Source: an uncultured Actinomycetes bacterium
GTDB taxonomy: Bacteria > Actinomycetota > Thermoleophilia > Gaiellales > JAICJC01
DNA length: 64,000 bases
Direction: 5' to 3'
NCBI GenBank assembly: GCA_963766445.1
Contig: CAVXZW010000029.1
Coordinates: 28,681 to 92,680, forward strand
The position numbers and the translations under genes were made by a program. The notes under the pieces are model-generated. The model searched no databases and was not told where the DNA came from. It saw only the letters and a program-made list of their open reading frames with translations. Positions 13,465-23,830 of the stretch are shown in pieces. Positions within the stretch are counted from its first letter, which is position 1; each line of letters starts with the position of its first letter.

Positions 13465-15736
13465 GCGGATCTGGGTGCTGGCGGCGGTGGCCCTGTTCAG
13501 CGGCTGGCACTGGCAGCAGCTCGAGCGCCCGACGCCGTCGCCCGGTGAGCTGGCGCTGCTGGCCGTGCTGGCGGCCGTGCCGGCCATCATCGCCGGGCTG
13601 GGACGGCGGCGGCTCGCGATGGCCGCGGCCGTCGGTGGCCACGCTGATCGCGATCTGGCGCGCCTTCGCCTACCTGCCGTGGGATCGCGGTCACCAGGTG
13701 TACCCGGTGCGGATCGTTTCAGGGCTGCACGACGGCGCCAAGAACTGGTTCGAGACCTCGACGCCGTTTGACCCGAGCCGGTTCGTCACGACCTCGGGGC
13801 TCGTAGATCTGTGCTTCTTCGCGCTGATGGCCGTGTTCGCCTGGCTGCTGATCGACGGCCGCTTCGCGCTCGCCGCCCTGGCCTGCGCGTTCGCGCTGTA
13901 CGCGATCCCGAGCACGGCGGTGGGGATGGGCAGCGCCGGCCTGCGCGCCGCCATCTTCCTGCTGCTGGCGCTGGCGATCCTGGCCGTCTGCCAGCGCCGC
14001 GTGCCGCTGGGCGGGGGCGCGATCGGCCAGCTGTCGGTGCTTGCGGTGGCGACGGTCGTGGCCGGGCTGGTGGTGGGATCGGCCCCGGGAGTCGCCAAGG
14101 GCGCTCTGTTCGACTGGCGCCACTGGAACCCGCTGGCCGGCAACGGCCCCCAGGTCAGCGTCGGCTACGTCTGGAACCAGGACTACGGGCCGCTGCACTG
14201 GCCGAAGCAGACCACGACGGTGTTCCAGGTGCAGTCGGCCCGTCCCCACTACTGGAAGGCCGGCGTGCTGACCGTCTTTGACGGCACCCGCTGGGTCTCG
14301 TCGCCGGCCACGCAGGCCAACTACCACGCCACCGACGCGATCGGGATCCCGGCCTCCCAGGAGACCTCCAAGGAGCTCCACCCCGACAGCGGGTCCGACA
14401 TCACGCAGGTCGGGTTCACCGTCGAGGCGCTGGCCGATTTTCGCCTGCTCTCGACCGGGCAGCCGCTCCGCTACACCCTCACCTCGCCGATCGACGCCAG
14501 CCTCACCACCGACGGCAGCGTGATCGCGAGTGGCGACCTGCCCCGCGGCGCCACCTACACCGTGCGGGCCTACTCGCCCAACCCCAAGCCGAAGCAGCTG
14601 GCCGAGGTCGGCAACGCGTTCTCGCCGTCCGTCGCGGAGACGGTGATCGTGAACCACGTGGCGATTCCCGTGTGGGGCAGCACCGCGAAGAAGCGGACGC
14701 TGGTGCCGATCGACGGCCGGCTGGTCGAGGCCAGCAATCAGGCGTGGCACGCGTCCGGGGCGGATGAGCCCGGCACCAGCGAGTACGGCGCGGTGGTCGC
14801 CCTCGAGTCGTACTTCCACGGCAAGCAGTTCCACTACGACCAGACGCCACCGGTCGGCCCGGGCCCGGTGCTGGCGTACTTCATGCTGCACTCCCACCGC
14901 GGCTACTGCCAGATGTACTCCGGTTCGATGGCGCTGGTGCTGCGCCTGCACGGCATCCCCGCCCGGGTCGCCTACGGGTTCACGGAAGGCTCGCAGACCC
15001 AGACCGGCTACAAGGTCACCGACCGCGACGCGCACGCGTGGGTCGAGGCGTTCTTCCCGAAGTACGGCTGGATCCCGTTCGAGCCGACGCCCACCCGGAA
15101 CCTGCCGGAGGTGCAGGCGTCCACCACCAACGCCAGCCTGGGTGAGGTCGATCGGCGACCCGAAGAACGCCAGCCAGTTCGGCATCCAGAGCCACCAGCT
15201 GCAGCGGCGGCTGGTTGGCAGCCGCGGGGCCACACGTCACCAACCTGGGTCGCGGCCACGGCTCCGGCGGCGGCGGCGCCCCGGATGTCGTGGCGGCGCG
15301 GTCGGGTGGCCACAGCTTCTTCCTGTGGGCAATCTCGGCGGCGGCCATCCTGATCGCGGTGCTGGCGGCGGTGAAGCTGGTCGCGGTGCGCTGGCGGTAC
15401 CTGCGGCGCGGCCCGCGGGGACAGGCCTCGGCCGCCTACCACGAGCTGGCCACCTACATCGGCGACCAGGGCGTCAGGGTCAATGCCAACGCCACCTTCG
15501 AGGAGCTGGCGGGGCTGGTCGAGCACACCTGGGGCGTGGACGCGTCGCCGCTGGCCACGGCCGGCAGCGCTGCCCGCTACGCGCCGCCCGCGATCGCCGA
15601 TCGTGCCGGGCACGAGGTGCGGCCGGCGCTGCGCCGGATCCGCCGCGACCTGCGCAAGAGCATCGACCTGCGCGACCGCGCGATGGGCTCGCTGCGGCTG
15701 CGATCGATGCTGGCTCAGACCACGCATCTCGACTAG
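13457..15736 (+). CDS. Transglutaminase-domain membrane protein (TgpA-like), several frame breaks
   Basis: TTG at 13457 lies 6 nt after AAGGAGG (13444-13450). There is a multi-TM N-terminus. The Cys-His-Asp core is 'HRGYCQMYSGSMALVLRLHGIPARVAYGF...DAHAWVEAFFPKYGWIPFEPTP'. A TM helix plus DUF4129-like tail is read in ORF 15215-15736. Frame shifts occur at ~13634 and within 15145-15230. Confidence 0.78.
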
Positions 15737-15782
15737 CGCGCTAGGCGTGAGCGGAGCTTGCACGCGACGCTATCGTGAGGGA

Positions 15783-16142
15783 ATGGCCCAGGACGAGACA
15801 TACGAGCTGTTCCAGCGAGGACGGGCGCACCTGCAGCGCGGTGACAACGCGCAGGCCACCGTCTCGCTCGAGAAGGCGAAGCGGCGCGAGCCGGACAAGG
15901 CCTCGATCCGCGAGGCGCTGGGCCTGGCCTACCTGCGCCTGCACCGCTACCGCGAGGCGGCGGCGGAGTTCGAGTACATCCTGGACACGGCGCCGGCCAA
16001 CGACTACGCGCACTACTGCATGGGGCGCTGCCTGTCGCGGATGGGCGAGGAGGGCCTGGCGGCGGGGCACTACAAGATGGCGCTGTGGCTGCGGCCGGAG
16101 GTCGACTACTACCGCGAGGCGGTCGACAAGCTCAGCGCCTAG
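15783..16142 (+). CDS. Small TPR-repeat protein
   Basis: 119 aa with tandem TPR-like repeats ('[23 protein letters not shown]...[12 protein letters not shown]'). Confidence 0.65.
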   Translation: MAQDETYELFQRGRAHLQRGDNAQATVSLEKAKRREPDKASIREALGLAYLRLHRYREAAAEFEYILDTAPANDYAHYCMGRCLSRMGEEGLAAGHYKMALWLRPEVDYYREAVDKLSA

Positions 16143-16591
16143 TCGCCGAGCCAGATCGTGACCGGGCCGTCGTTCACGAGCGAGACCCGCATGTGCGCGC
16201 CGAAGCGGCCGGTCTGCACCTCCAGCCCGCACCGCCGCAGCTGGTCGGCCACCGCGTCCACCAGCACCCGCCCCTCGTCAGGCGGCGCGGCGCCGGTGAA
16301 GCCCGGCCGGTTGCCGCGCGCGACGTCGGCGTAGAGCGTGAACTGCGACACGCACAGCACGCTGCCGGCCACGTCGATCACCGAGCGGTTCATGCGGCCC
16401 TGCTCGTCCCCGAAGATGCGCAGACGGGCGATCTTCTCGGCCAGCCGGCGGGCGTCCTGGTCGCTGTCGCCGGTTCCCGCCGCGACCAGCGCCAGCAGGC
16501 CCGTGCCGATCTCGGCGATCCGCTCGCCGCCGACCTCGACCGAGGCCTCCGATACCCGTTGCAAGAGCGCTCTCACGGCTTTCCGATTCAC
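16139..16591 (-). CDS. dtd: D-aminoacyl-tRNA deacylase
   Basis: Motifs '(V)[14 protein letters not shown]', 'SQFTLYAD' and '[11 protein letters not shown]'. The probable true start is the GTG at 16576 (family N-terminus MRAVVQRV-like). Confidence 0.9.
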   Translation of the reverse strand: MNRKAVRALLQRVSEASVEVGGERIAEIGTGLLALVAAGTGDSDQDARRLAEKIARLRIFGDEQGRMNRSVIDVAGSVLCVSQFTLYADVARGNRPGFTGAAPPDEGRVLVDAVADQLRRCGLEVQTGRFGAHMRVSLVNDGPVTIWLGD

Positions 16592-16653
16592 CCCGGTGGA
16601 GGAACTCCCTGCTATCCTTCAGGCACTGTCAGTGTGATTCGGGCGTCCGGCGA

Positions 16654-16678
16654 GGTGGGTGAGAACCCACCTTTTTTT
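16654..16678 (+). terminator. Rho-independent terminator / attenuator in the rimP-nusA leader
   Basis: GGTGGGT-gaga-ACCCACC (7-bp stem) followed by TTTTTTT, 31 nt upstream of the rimP ATG. A T7 run is exceptional at this GC content. Confidence 0.6.
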
Positions 16679-16708
16679 CGCCCTCAAACCCGCAAAGGGA
16701 GGTGTGTG

Positions 16709-17155
16709 ATGGGAAGCTCAGCAGCGCTTCAGCAACAGATCGAAACGACGCTTCGGACGGCGGTGCCGGAGGTCGAGGTGCTGCTCGCCGAGCAACCATC
16801 ACCCGGCCTCGTACGGGTCACCATCGACCGCCCCGGCGGGACCGTCGACCTCGACCTGTGCGAGCGGGTCAGCCGGGAGCTTTCCCCGCTGCGCGATCGC
16901 TACGCGCTCGAGGTGTCGTCGCCCGGGATCGAGCGGCCGCTGGTGAAGCCCGACCACTACCGTGCTGCCGCGGGCAGCCGCGTGCACGTCCGTACCGCCG
17001 ATGCGGTCGACGGGCGCCGGTCGTTCACGGGCACGCTGACGGATGCAGGAGAAGATGAGATCGAGATCGACCTCGACGGCGCGCGCGCCCGTCTGCCCTA
17101 CGGGGCGATCCAGCGCGCGCATCTGGTCGCGGAACAGGCTGGAGGCACCCGGTGA
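16709..17155 (+). CDS. rimP: Ribosome maturation factor RimP
   Basis: ATG at 16709 is preceded by AAAGGGAGG. Motif 'LEVSSPGIERPL'. GTGA overlap with nusA. Confidence 0.85.
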   Translation: MGSSAALQQQIETTLRTAVPEVEVLLAEQPSPGLVRVTIDRPGGTVDLDLCERVSRELSPLRDRYALEVSSPGIERPLVKPDHYRAAAGSRVHVRTADAVDGRRSFTGTLTDAGEDEIEIDLDGARARLPYGAIQRAHLVAEQAGGTR

Positions 17156-18432
17156 GCAAGGAACTGTTGGAGGGCGTGAAGGCGCTCGAGAAGGAGCGCG
17201 GCATCGAGGCCGAGACGCTGCTGTCAGCGATCGAGGAAGCGCTGCTGGCGGCCTACAAGAAGATGCCCGATGCCCGCCATCCGGTGCGCGTCGACCTCGA
17301 CCGGGAATCCGGCGACTACGTCGTGTGGTCCGTGAACCCCGAGGCGTGGGAGGCCTACCTGGAGGCGCATCCGCACCACCGGCCGCCGGAGGTCGAGGAG
17401 GTCGTCGAGCCGGCTGTGCCGCTGGCCGAGGGTGAGCAGCCCGAGGAGGAGCCCGAGCCCGAGATCGAATGGGCCTGGTTCAAGCCTGCCCAGATGGTGG
17501 ACGTCACCCCCGAGGGCTTCAGCCGCATCGCCGGGCAGACCGCCAAGCAGGTGCTGCGCCAGCGCATCCATGAGGCCGAGCGCTCGATCATGTACGACGA
17601 GTACGCCGACCGCGTGGGCGAGATCGTGACCGGCATCGTGCAGCAGGACGACAACCGCTATGCGTTCGTCGACCTGGGCAAGATGGAGGCGATCCTGCCC
17701 GGCTCGGAGAAGGTGCCGGGCGAGCGCTACGAGCAGGGCAGCCGCATCAAGGCCGTGATCATCGAGGTGCGCTCCGAGGGCAAGGGCCCGCAGGTGGTGC
17801 TCTCGCGCCGCAGCGACGACCTGATCCGCCAGCTGTTCGAGCTGGAGGTGCCGGAGATCGCCGACGGGCTGGTCACGATCCGTGCCGTCGCCCGCGAGCC
17901 CGGCTACCGCGCCAAGATCGCGGTCGAGTCGCGCGTGCAGGGCGTCGACCCGGTCGGCGCGTGCGTCGGCCCGCGCGGTTCGCGCGTGCGCATGGTCGTG
18001 TCGGAGCTGCGCGGCGAGAAGATCGACATCATCCCCTGGAACGACGAGCCGGCCAGGTTCGTCGCCAAGGCGCTGGCGCCCGCCAAGGTGCGGGAGGTCT
18101 ACGTCGACGACGCCGCCCAGCAGGCCACCGTAGTCGTGCCGGACGGCGAGCTGGCGCTGGCCATCGGCAAGGAGGGCCAGAACGCCCGCCTCGCCCACCG
18201 GCTGACCGGCTGGCGCATCGACATCGTGTCCGAGACCGAGCACTACGCCGAGGACACCGACGTGCCCTACACCGGCGCGGAGGGCGAGGAGGACGAGTTC
18301 CCCGGCCGCTGCATCGCGGTCACGTCGTCCGGCAAGCGCTGTCCCAACCAGGCCCTCGACGGAAGCCGGTACTGCGGCGTGCCCGCTCATCGCGAGCTGG
18401 CCGCCAAGGAGGAGGGAGCGGCCGCGTCGTAG
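17152..18432 (+). CDS. nusA: Transcription termination/antitermination factor NusA (with an acidic insert and a Cys-rich C-terminal tail)
   Basis: NTD, S1 ('[10 protein letters not shown]') and KH1/KH2 ('[10 protein letters not shown]', '[13 protein letters not shown]') domains. There is a ~50-aa Glu/Pro-rich insert after the NTD. The tail is '[27 protein letters not shown]'. Confidence 0.93.
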   Translation: MSKELLEGVKALEKERGIEAETLLSAIEEALLAAYKKMPDARHPVRVDLDRESGDYVVWSVNPEAWEAYLEAHPHHRPPEVEEVVEPAVPLAEGEQPEEEPEPEIEWAWFKPAQMVDVTPEGFSRIAGQTAKQVLRQRIHEAERSIMYDEYADRVGEIVTGIVQQDDNRYAFVDLGKMEAILPGSEKVPGERYEQGSRIKAVIIEVRSEGKGPQVVLSRRSDDLIRQLFELEVPEIADGLVTIRAVAREPGYRAKIAVESRVQGVDPVGACVGPRGSRVRMVVSELRGEKIDIIPWNDEPARFVAKALAPAKVREVYVDDAAQQATVVVPDGELALAIGKEGQNARLAHRLTGWRIDIVSETEHYAEDTDVPYTGAEGEEDEFPGRCIAVTSSGKRCPNQALDGSRYCGVPAHRELAAKEEGAAAS

Positions 18433-18701
18433 CCGATCCGATCAGGCAGTGCGCCGGCTGCGGCCGGCGGCGCCCCAAGGCCGAACTGCTGCGGCTGGTG
18501 TTCGACGGCGAGATGATCGTCTTCGACACGGCCCAGCGTCTGCCGGGGCGAGGCGCCTACCTGTGTCCCGGTCAGGATTGCCTGACGCGGGGGACACGCA
18601 AGGGGGCGTTGGCCAGGCGGTTGAAGGCGCCATCAGGCGCCGCCGCCGGCCTCGAGCGGCGGATCCCGGTTGAGCAGGGGCCGCCGGTTTGGGAGAATTG
18701 A
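18426..18701 (+). CDS. ylxR: YlxR/DUF448 RNA-binding protein (start codon unresolved)
   Basis: Motifs 'PIRQCAGCGRRRPKAELLRLV' and 'GRGAYLCP'. Position between nusA and infB is conserved. No ATG/GTG/TTG lies in frame just upstream of the RxCxxC motif. Confidence 0.7.
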   Translation, partial: VVADPIRQCAGCGRRRPKAELLRLVFDGEMIVFDTAQRLPGRGAYLCPGQDCLTRGTRKGALARRLKAPSGAAAGLERRIPVEQGPPVWEN

Positions 18702-18708
18702 GGACTGA

Positions 18709-20790
18709 ATGGCAAAACGAACGGTCACAGACATCGCCCGCGAGCAGGGCGTCACGGAGGCTGAGGTCAAGGAAAAGCTTGACGCGGCCGGCACCGCCTC
18801 GGGCACGGACGACCTGATCGACGACGACGACGTGCGCCGCGCGTTCGGCGCCAAGGCCACCGTTCCCGCGCAGGAGCCTGGCCAGGCCGCCCGCCAGCCG
18901 CGCCCCCAGCGCGGCGCCACGGCCGGACGCCGCCGCCGAGTCGTGATCGATTCGCAGGCCGGCCGCCGTCCCGGTCAGCGCCGCGACCGCGGCGCACCGC
19001 GCCCGGAGGTCAAGCGCGAGCCGGAGGTGCCGACCGGGCCGGTCAAGGTCGAGTCGGGAGTCACGGTCAAGGACCTGGCCGAGAAGCTCGGCATCAGCCC
19101 CGCCAAGATCATCGCCTACATGATGTCCGAGGGGCAGATGGTGACGCTGACGGTGTCGCTGTCCGACGACGACGTGCTGCTGATCGGCCTCGAGTTCGAC
19201 CGCGAGATCACGATCGCGCACACGGCAGACGAGGAGGACGAGGAGGTCGTCTACGACGATCCCGAGGACTCGCTCCAGCAGCGGCCGCCGGTGGTCACGA
19301 TCATGGGCCACGTCGACCACGGCAAGACCACGCTGCTCGACTCGATCCGCGAGTCGTCCGTGGTATCGACCGAGGCCGGCGGCATCACGCAGCACATCGG
19401 CGCCTATCAGGTCGACGTCGACGGCGGCCGCAAGGTCACCTTCCTGGACACCCCGGGGCACGAGGCCTTCACGGCCATGCGCGCCCGCGGCGCCAAGGTC
19501 ACCGACGTGGCCGTGCTGGTGGTCGCCGCGGACGACGGCGTGATGCCCCAGACGGTGGAGGCGATCGACCACGCCAAGGCGGCATCCGTGCCGATCGTGG
19601 TGGCCGTCAACAAGATCGACAAGGAGGACGCGAACCCGGAGCGGGTGCGTGGCGAGCTGGTCAACCACGGCCTGCAGCCGGAGGAGTGGGGCGGAGACAC
19701 GATCTTCGTCGACGTCTCGGCCAAGGCCAAGGAGAACCTCGACCAGCTGCTCGAGATGCTGCTGCTGCAGTCAGACGTGCTGGAGCTGAAGGCCAACCCG
19801 AACGCCGAGGCGAGCGGCGTCATCATCGAGTCGCGCCTGGACGTCGGCCGCGGGCCGGTGGCGACGCTGCTGGTGCAACGCGGCACCCTGCGCGTGGGCG
19901 ACGCAGTGGTCGCCGGCGACGCCTGGGGACGCGTGAAGGCGCTGAACGACCACAACGGCAAGCGCGTCAAGGAGGCCGGGCCGGCGGTGCCGGTCGAGAT
20001 CCTGGGCTTCGACAAGCCGCCGCCGGCGGGTGAGTTCTGCCACGTCGTCGAGAACGACCGGATCGCCCGCCAGATGGCGCAGAAGCGCGCACAGCGGATC
20101 CGCACCGAGATGCTGGCCCGCCGCAACAAGGCGGTCAGCCTGGAGGATCTGTTCTCCGCGGTGCAGGAAGGGGCGGTGCAGGAGCTGGGCCTGATCATCA
20201 AGGCCGACGTGCAGGGCTCGGTCGAGGCCGCCGAAGGCGAGATCGCCAAGATCCAGCACCCCGAGGTGACGGTCAGCGTGATCCACTCCGGCGTCGGCGG
20301 CATCACCGCCTCGGACATCAACCTGGCCGCCGCGTCCAACGCGATCGTGGTCGGCTTCAACGTCCGCCCGAACGCCGAGGCGAAGGCGCTGGCCGAGCGC
20401 GAGGGCGTCGACATCCGCACCTACAAGGTGATCTACCAGCTGACCGAGGACATCCAGCAGGCGCTGATCGGCATGCTCGCTCCCGAGCAGGTCGAGGAGA
20501 TCCTGGGCGAGGCCGAGGTGCGCCAGACGTTCAAGGTCTCGCGGCTGGGCACGATCGCAGGCTGCATGGTCACGAGCGGCGTCATCCAGCGCGGTGCGCA
20601 GGTACGGCTGCTGCGCGACGGCGCGATCGTCCACGACGGCCGCATCGCCACGCTGCGACGCGTCCAGGACGACGTACGCGAGGTGCAGCAGGGCTTCGAG
20701 TGCGGCCTCACGATCGAGGGCTACAACGACGTCAAGGAAGGCGACGTGCTCGAGGTCTACACGGTCAGGGAAGTCGCCCGCACCAGCTAG
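18709..20790 (+). CDS. infB: Translation initiation factor IF-2
   Basis: 693-aa intact ORF. G-domain motifs '[12 protein letters not shown]', 'DTPGHEAF' and 'NKIDK'. Confidence 0.96.
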   Translation: MAKRTVTDIAREQGVTEAEVKEKLDAAGTASGTDDLIDDDDVRRAFGAKATVPAQEPGQAARQPRPQRGATAGRRRRVVIDSQAGRRPGQRRDRGAPRPEVKREPEVPTGPVKVESGVTVKDLAEKLGISPAKIIAYMMSEGQMVTLTVSLSDDDVLLIGLEFDREITIAHTADEEDEEVVYDDPEDSLQQRPPVVTIMGHVDHGKTTLLDSIRESSVVSTEAGGITQHIGAYQVDVDGGRKVTFLDTPGHEAFTAMRARGAKVTDVAVLVVAADDGVMPQTVEAIDHAKAASVPIVVAVNKIDKEDANPERVRGELVNHGLQPEEWGGDTIFVDVSAKAKENLDQLLEMLLLQSDVLELKANPNAEASGVIIESRLDVGRGPVATLLVQRGTLRVGDAVVAGDAWGRVKALNDHNGKRVKEAGPAVPVEILGFDKPPPAGEFCHVVENDRIARQMAQKRAQRIRTEMLARRNKAVSLEDLFSAVQEGAVQELGLIIKADVQGSVEAAEGEIAKIQHPEVTVSVIHSGVGGITASDINLAAASNAIVVGFNVRPNAEAKALAEREGVDIRTYKVIYQLTEDIQQALIGMLAPEQVEEILGEAEVRQTFKVSRLGTIAGCMVTSGVIQRGAQVRLLRDGAIVHDGRIATLRRVQDDVREVQQGFECGLTIEGYNDVKEGDVLEVYTVREVARTS

Positions 20791-22354
20791 TCGCTCGCCA
20801 GGCGGATCAGCCGTTCCAGGCCGATGCCGCTGGTGAACAGGCGCTCGGCCCGGTCGGAAAGCAGGCGCTGCGTCCAGTCGGTGCTGCCGCCGTCGGCCAC
20901 CGACAGACTGCGGCCGTCGCGCTCGACGTCGATGTTCAGCAGCAGGCCGTTGTAGTACCCGATCCCGGCCAGCCGGCCGACGCGGAAGCCGAGCCGGGCT
21001 TCCGGGAACTGTTCTCGCGAGCGGTCGCGTACACCCGCTCCCGCACCAGCTCCAGCAGCCGGCTGCCCTCGACCCGCTCGGCGAACCGCTCCACCGCCAC
21101 GCCCGACTCGGCCAGCAGCTGCTCGGGATCGAGATCGTCGTCCCGGGCCTGGTCGGCGAGGTCGTCCAGGTCGGCCCGCGCCTCTCGGCAGAGCGCGCGC
21201 AGCAGCGCCGTGTCGCTGACCTCGACCAGCGGACGGCCGGCGTCGTACCCGGCGGCCGTCAGGGCCGCGATCACGCGCAGGTGGGCGGCGATGTGCTCGT
21301 GCAGGGCGGCCAGCCCGAAGCCGTGGTCGGGCCGCCTGCGCCCGCCGCTGACCAGCGCGAACAGCCCGAAGTGCTGGTTCCAGCCGCCGCCGAACTGCTG
21401 CATGCGCAACACCCGTCCCACCCAGCAGAGCCGCACCGAGGCCTCGCCGCCGCGCCGCCGCAGGGCCGCCTCCAGGGCCAGGCTGGTGGTGGGGTCGGCC
21501 AGCACCTCGCCGCTGCGGACGGTTGCAAGCGACAGGTTCTGATCGAGCCCGCCCAGCACCGTGTTGACGCCGGCGGGGGCCACCGGCGAGAGCGTCACCG
21601 GCTCGAACCCGGGCGCGGCGTCGATCGCCAGCAGCCCCGCCAGCTGCAGCGCGCGCCCGTCCACCGCGACCGGCGCCAGCGTGGCGTCGTCGCGCCGCGC
21701 CTGCAGGACGCCCGCCGGGTCGAGACCCGCCGCGCGGCGCCGGGTGACATGCAGCAGCAGCGAGCGCAGGTCGGAGGTGGGCAGCTCCTCGAGCTGGTCG
21801 ACCAGCGCGCCCTGACGACGAAGGCGCCTCACCACCGGGCCCGGCGGCGGCACGTCCAGCCAGCGGCGCATCCGCAGCTCCATCATGTCGGGCGCGACGT
21901 CGGCCGGCTGCGGCCCGGCGATCACCTCGAAGCCGCAGCGGCGGTAGAGGTCGAGGGCGCCCGTGTTCAGCTCGCGCACGTCAAGCTCGATCGAGGCGCT
22001 GCCCTGGCGTGCCGCCCACCGGCACACGCCCTCCACCAGGCGTTGCCCGATCCCGCGCCGGCGCCATTCCGGGTCGACCCACATCGCCACCAGATCTGCC
22101 GCGCGGGCGGGGTCGAGGCGCAGGCCGGTGGCGCTGCCGACGTGGCGGTCGCCGTCGACGACGTGGAAGGTGGCCACCTGCGAGCTCTGCGCCGCGATCG
22201 CGGCACGCTCCTGCCAGAACTCCTCCGGCTGGGCCGCCTCGTCGGCGTGACGCGACGCGAACGCATCGGGCGTGTCCAGCAGCATCGCTAGGCGCACGCG
22301 GCGCAGCTCATCGGCCTCGTCGACGCGGACGCGTCGCATGCGCAGGTTGCTCAC
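20787..22354 (-). CDS. GNAT N-acetyltransferase fused to a class-II aminoacyl-tRNA-synthetase-like (HisRS/HisZ-type) core; one frame break ~21014
   Basis: GTG at 22354 overlaps the antiporter stop (GTGA). The N-terminal part carries the GNAT motif A 'VAMWVDPEWRRRGIGQRLV'. The C-terminal part carries 'RLCWVGRVLRMQQ...NQHF', 'GIGYYNG', 'ADGGSTDW' and 'FTSGIGLERL'. The last 75 aa are read in a second frame ending at 20787. Confidence 0.6.
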
Positions 22355-23820
22355 GCGCCAACCGTACGCGATCCGCCCTCGAACACGGCCTGGGCATGTG
22401 CGCTCGTGCCCAGCACCAGCACCTCGTCGCCGGCCCGCAGCACCGAGTCGCCGCGGGCCTGGCGGGCGGCGCCGTCGCGCATGATCAGGCTGATCCAGGC
22501 GCGCTCGCCGAGGACGAGGTCGCGCAGCGCCACCCCGTCGGCGGGCGACCCGGCGGCGACCACGTACCGCCCGACCTCCTGCGGCTCGTCTCGGAGGCGC
22601 ACCGACAGGTCCCACGGCTCCTGGTGGATCTGCCGCATCTGCAGGCCAACCCGGCCGGCCACCGTCGGCACCAGCGATCCCTGCACGACCACCGAGAACA
22701 TCACGACCACGAACACGATCCCGTAGATGCGGTTGGCGTGGTCGACGCCCTCCAGCAGCGTGAACGCGGCCAGCAGGATCGGCACCGCGCCGCGCATGCC
22801 GGCCCAGGCGATGAACACCTTCTCGCCCCGCGTCAGCCGTGCCCGCGCCAGCAGCGCCGCCACCACCACCGGCCGCGCCACGAACGTCAGCAGCACCGCC
22901 ACCGCCAGACCGTCCAGCCAGACGCTGCGCAGGTCGAGCGAGCCGAGGTCGATGGTCAAGCCCAGGGCGACGAACACGACGATCTCGCCGAGGCTTGCGA
23001 GCGCCTTGTGGAAGTGCTCGATCTCGGCCTTGTAGGGAGCGCGCAGGTCGGCGATCAGGACGCCGGTGACGAACACGGCCAGGAAGCCGGAGCCGTGCAG
23101 CACCGAGGCCAGGCCGTACACGATGCCGGCGGCGGACAGGGTCAGCAGCGGGTAGAGAGCGGAGTCGGGCAGCATCAGGTCACGCATGGCACGCCCCAGC
23201 GCGAGGCCGCCGATCACGCCGACCACCAGGCCGACCGCCATCTGCAGCGCGAAATCCTCCGCGATCGCCACGCTCGAGCCGCTGTTGGTGGCGATGTCGA
23301 GCAGGCCGATCACGAGCGCGATCCCGACCGGGTCGTTGACCCCGGACTCGCCCTTGAGGATGTCGTCGCTGCGGCCGCTCACCTCGCTGCCGCCCAGCAC
23401 CGAGAACACCACCGCCGGGTCGGTGGGCGCGAGCGCCGCCCCGATCAGGAGCGACGTCGTCCAGCTGGCACCGAACAGCGCGTGGACGAGCACCGCCAGC
23501 AGGCCCGCCACCAGGAACGTGCCGACCACCCCGAGGCTCACGATCGGCCACAGCGACTCGCGGAACCGCGTCACGCCGATGTCCATGCCGCCGTCGAACA
23601 GGATCACGATCAGCGCCACGAGGCAGATCCGCTCGACGTCGTGGATCGTCAGCAGCGGCGCCAGATTCGGGATCAGGTCGGACGACACCGTGGCCGCCGC
23701 CAGGAACAGCGCGGGGGCCGGCACGCGCAGCCGCCCGCTGATGCGGCTGGAAAGGATGGCGACCGCGAAGCCGACCGCGACGATCAGCACCACGCGGCCG
23801 AACTCGGCGGCGTCGGTCAC
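22351..23820 (-). CDS. Monovalent cation:proton antiporter (CPA1/NhaP-type) with C-terminal TrkA-C (RCK_C) domain
   Basis: 489 aa with ~12 TM helices. The soluble tail '...GSPADGVALRDLVLGERAWISLIMRDGAARQARGDSVLRAGDEVLVLG' is typical of RCK_C. Confidence 0.85.
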   Translation of the reverse strand: MTDAAEFGRVVLIVAVGFAVAILSSRISGRLRVPAPALFLAAATVSSDLIPNLAPLLTIHDVERICLVALIVILFDGGMDIGVTRFRESLWPIVSLGVVGTFLVAGLLAVLVHALFGASWTTSLLIGAALAPTDPAVVFSVLGGSEVSGRSDDILKGESGVNDPVGIALVIGLLDIATNSGSSVAIAEDFALQMAVGLVVGVIGGLALGRAMRDLMLPDSALYPLLTLSAAGIVYGLASVLHGSGFLAVFVTGVLIADLRAPYKAEIEHFHKALASLGEIVVFVALGLTIDLGSLDLRSVWLDGLAVAVLLTFVARPVVVAALLARARLTRGEKVFIAWAGMRGAVPILLAAFTLLEGVDHANRIYGIVFVVVMFSVVVQGSLVPTVAGRVGLQMRQIHQEPWDLSVRLRDEPQEVGRYVVAAGSPADGVALRDLVLGERAWISLIMRDGAARQARGDSVLRAGDEVLVLGTSAHAQAVFEGGSRTVGA

Positions 23821-23830
23821 GAATCCATCC

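Noticed and set aside
11684-13771. A genuine 695-aa MoxR-C-terminus/DUF58/transglutaminase-N-terminus fusion protein.
   Set aside because: Internal RBS/start signals and out-of-frame stop codons sit exactly at the expected gene boundaries. In a window full of indels, that points to three separate genes.
16085-17155. The 356-aa ORF as an extended RimP, and likewise 28554-29699 as an extended S15.
   Set aside because: Only the last 148 aa (rimP) and 89 aa (rpsO) match their families and follow strong RBSs. The upstream parts run antisense through dtd and the UXS gene respectively.
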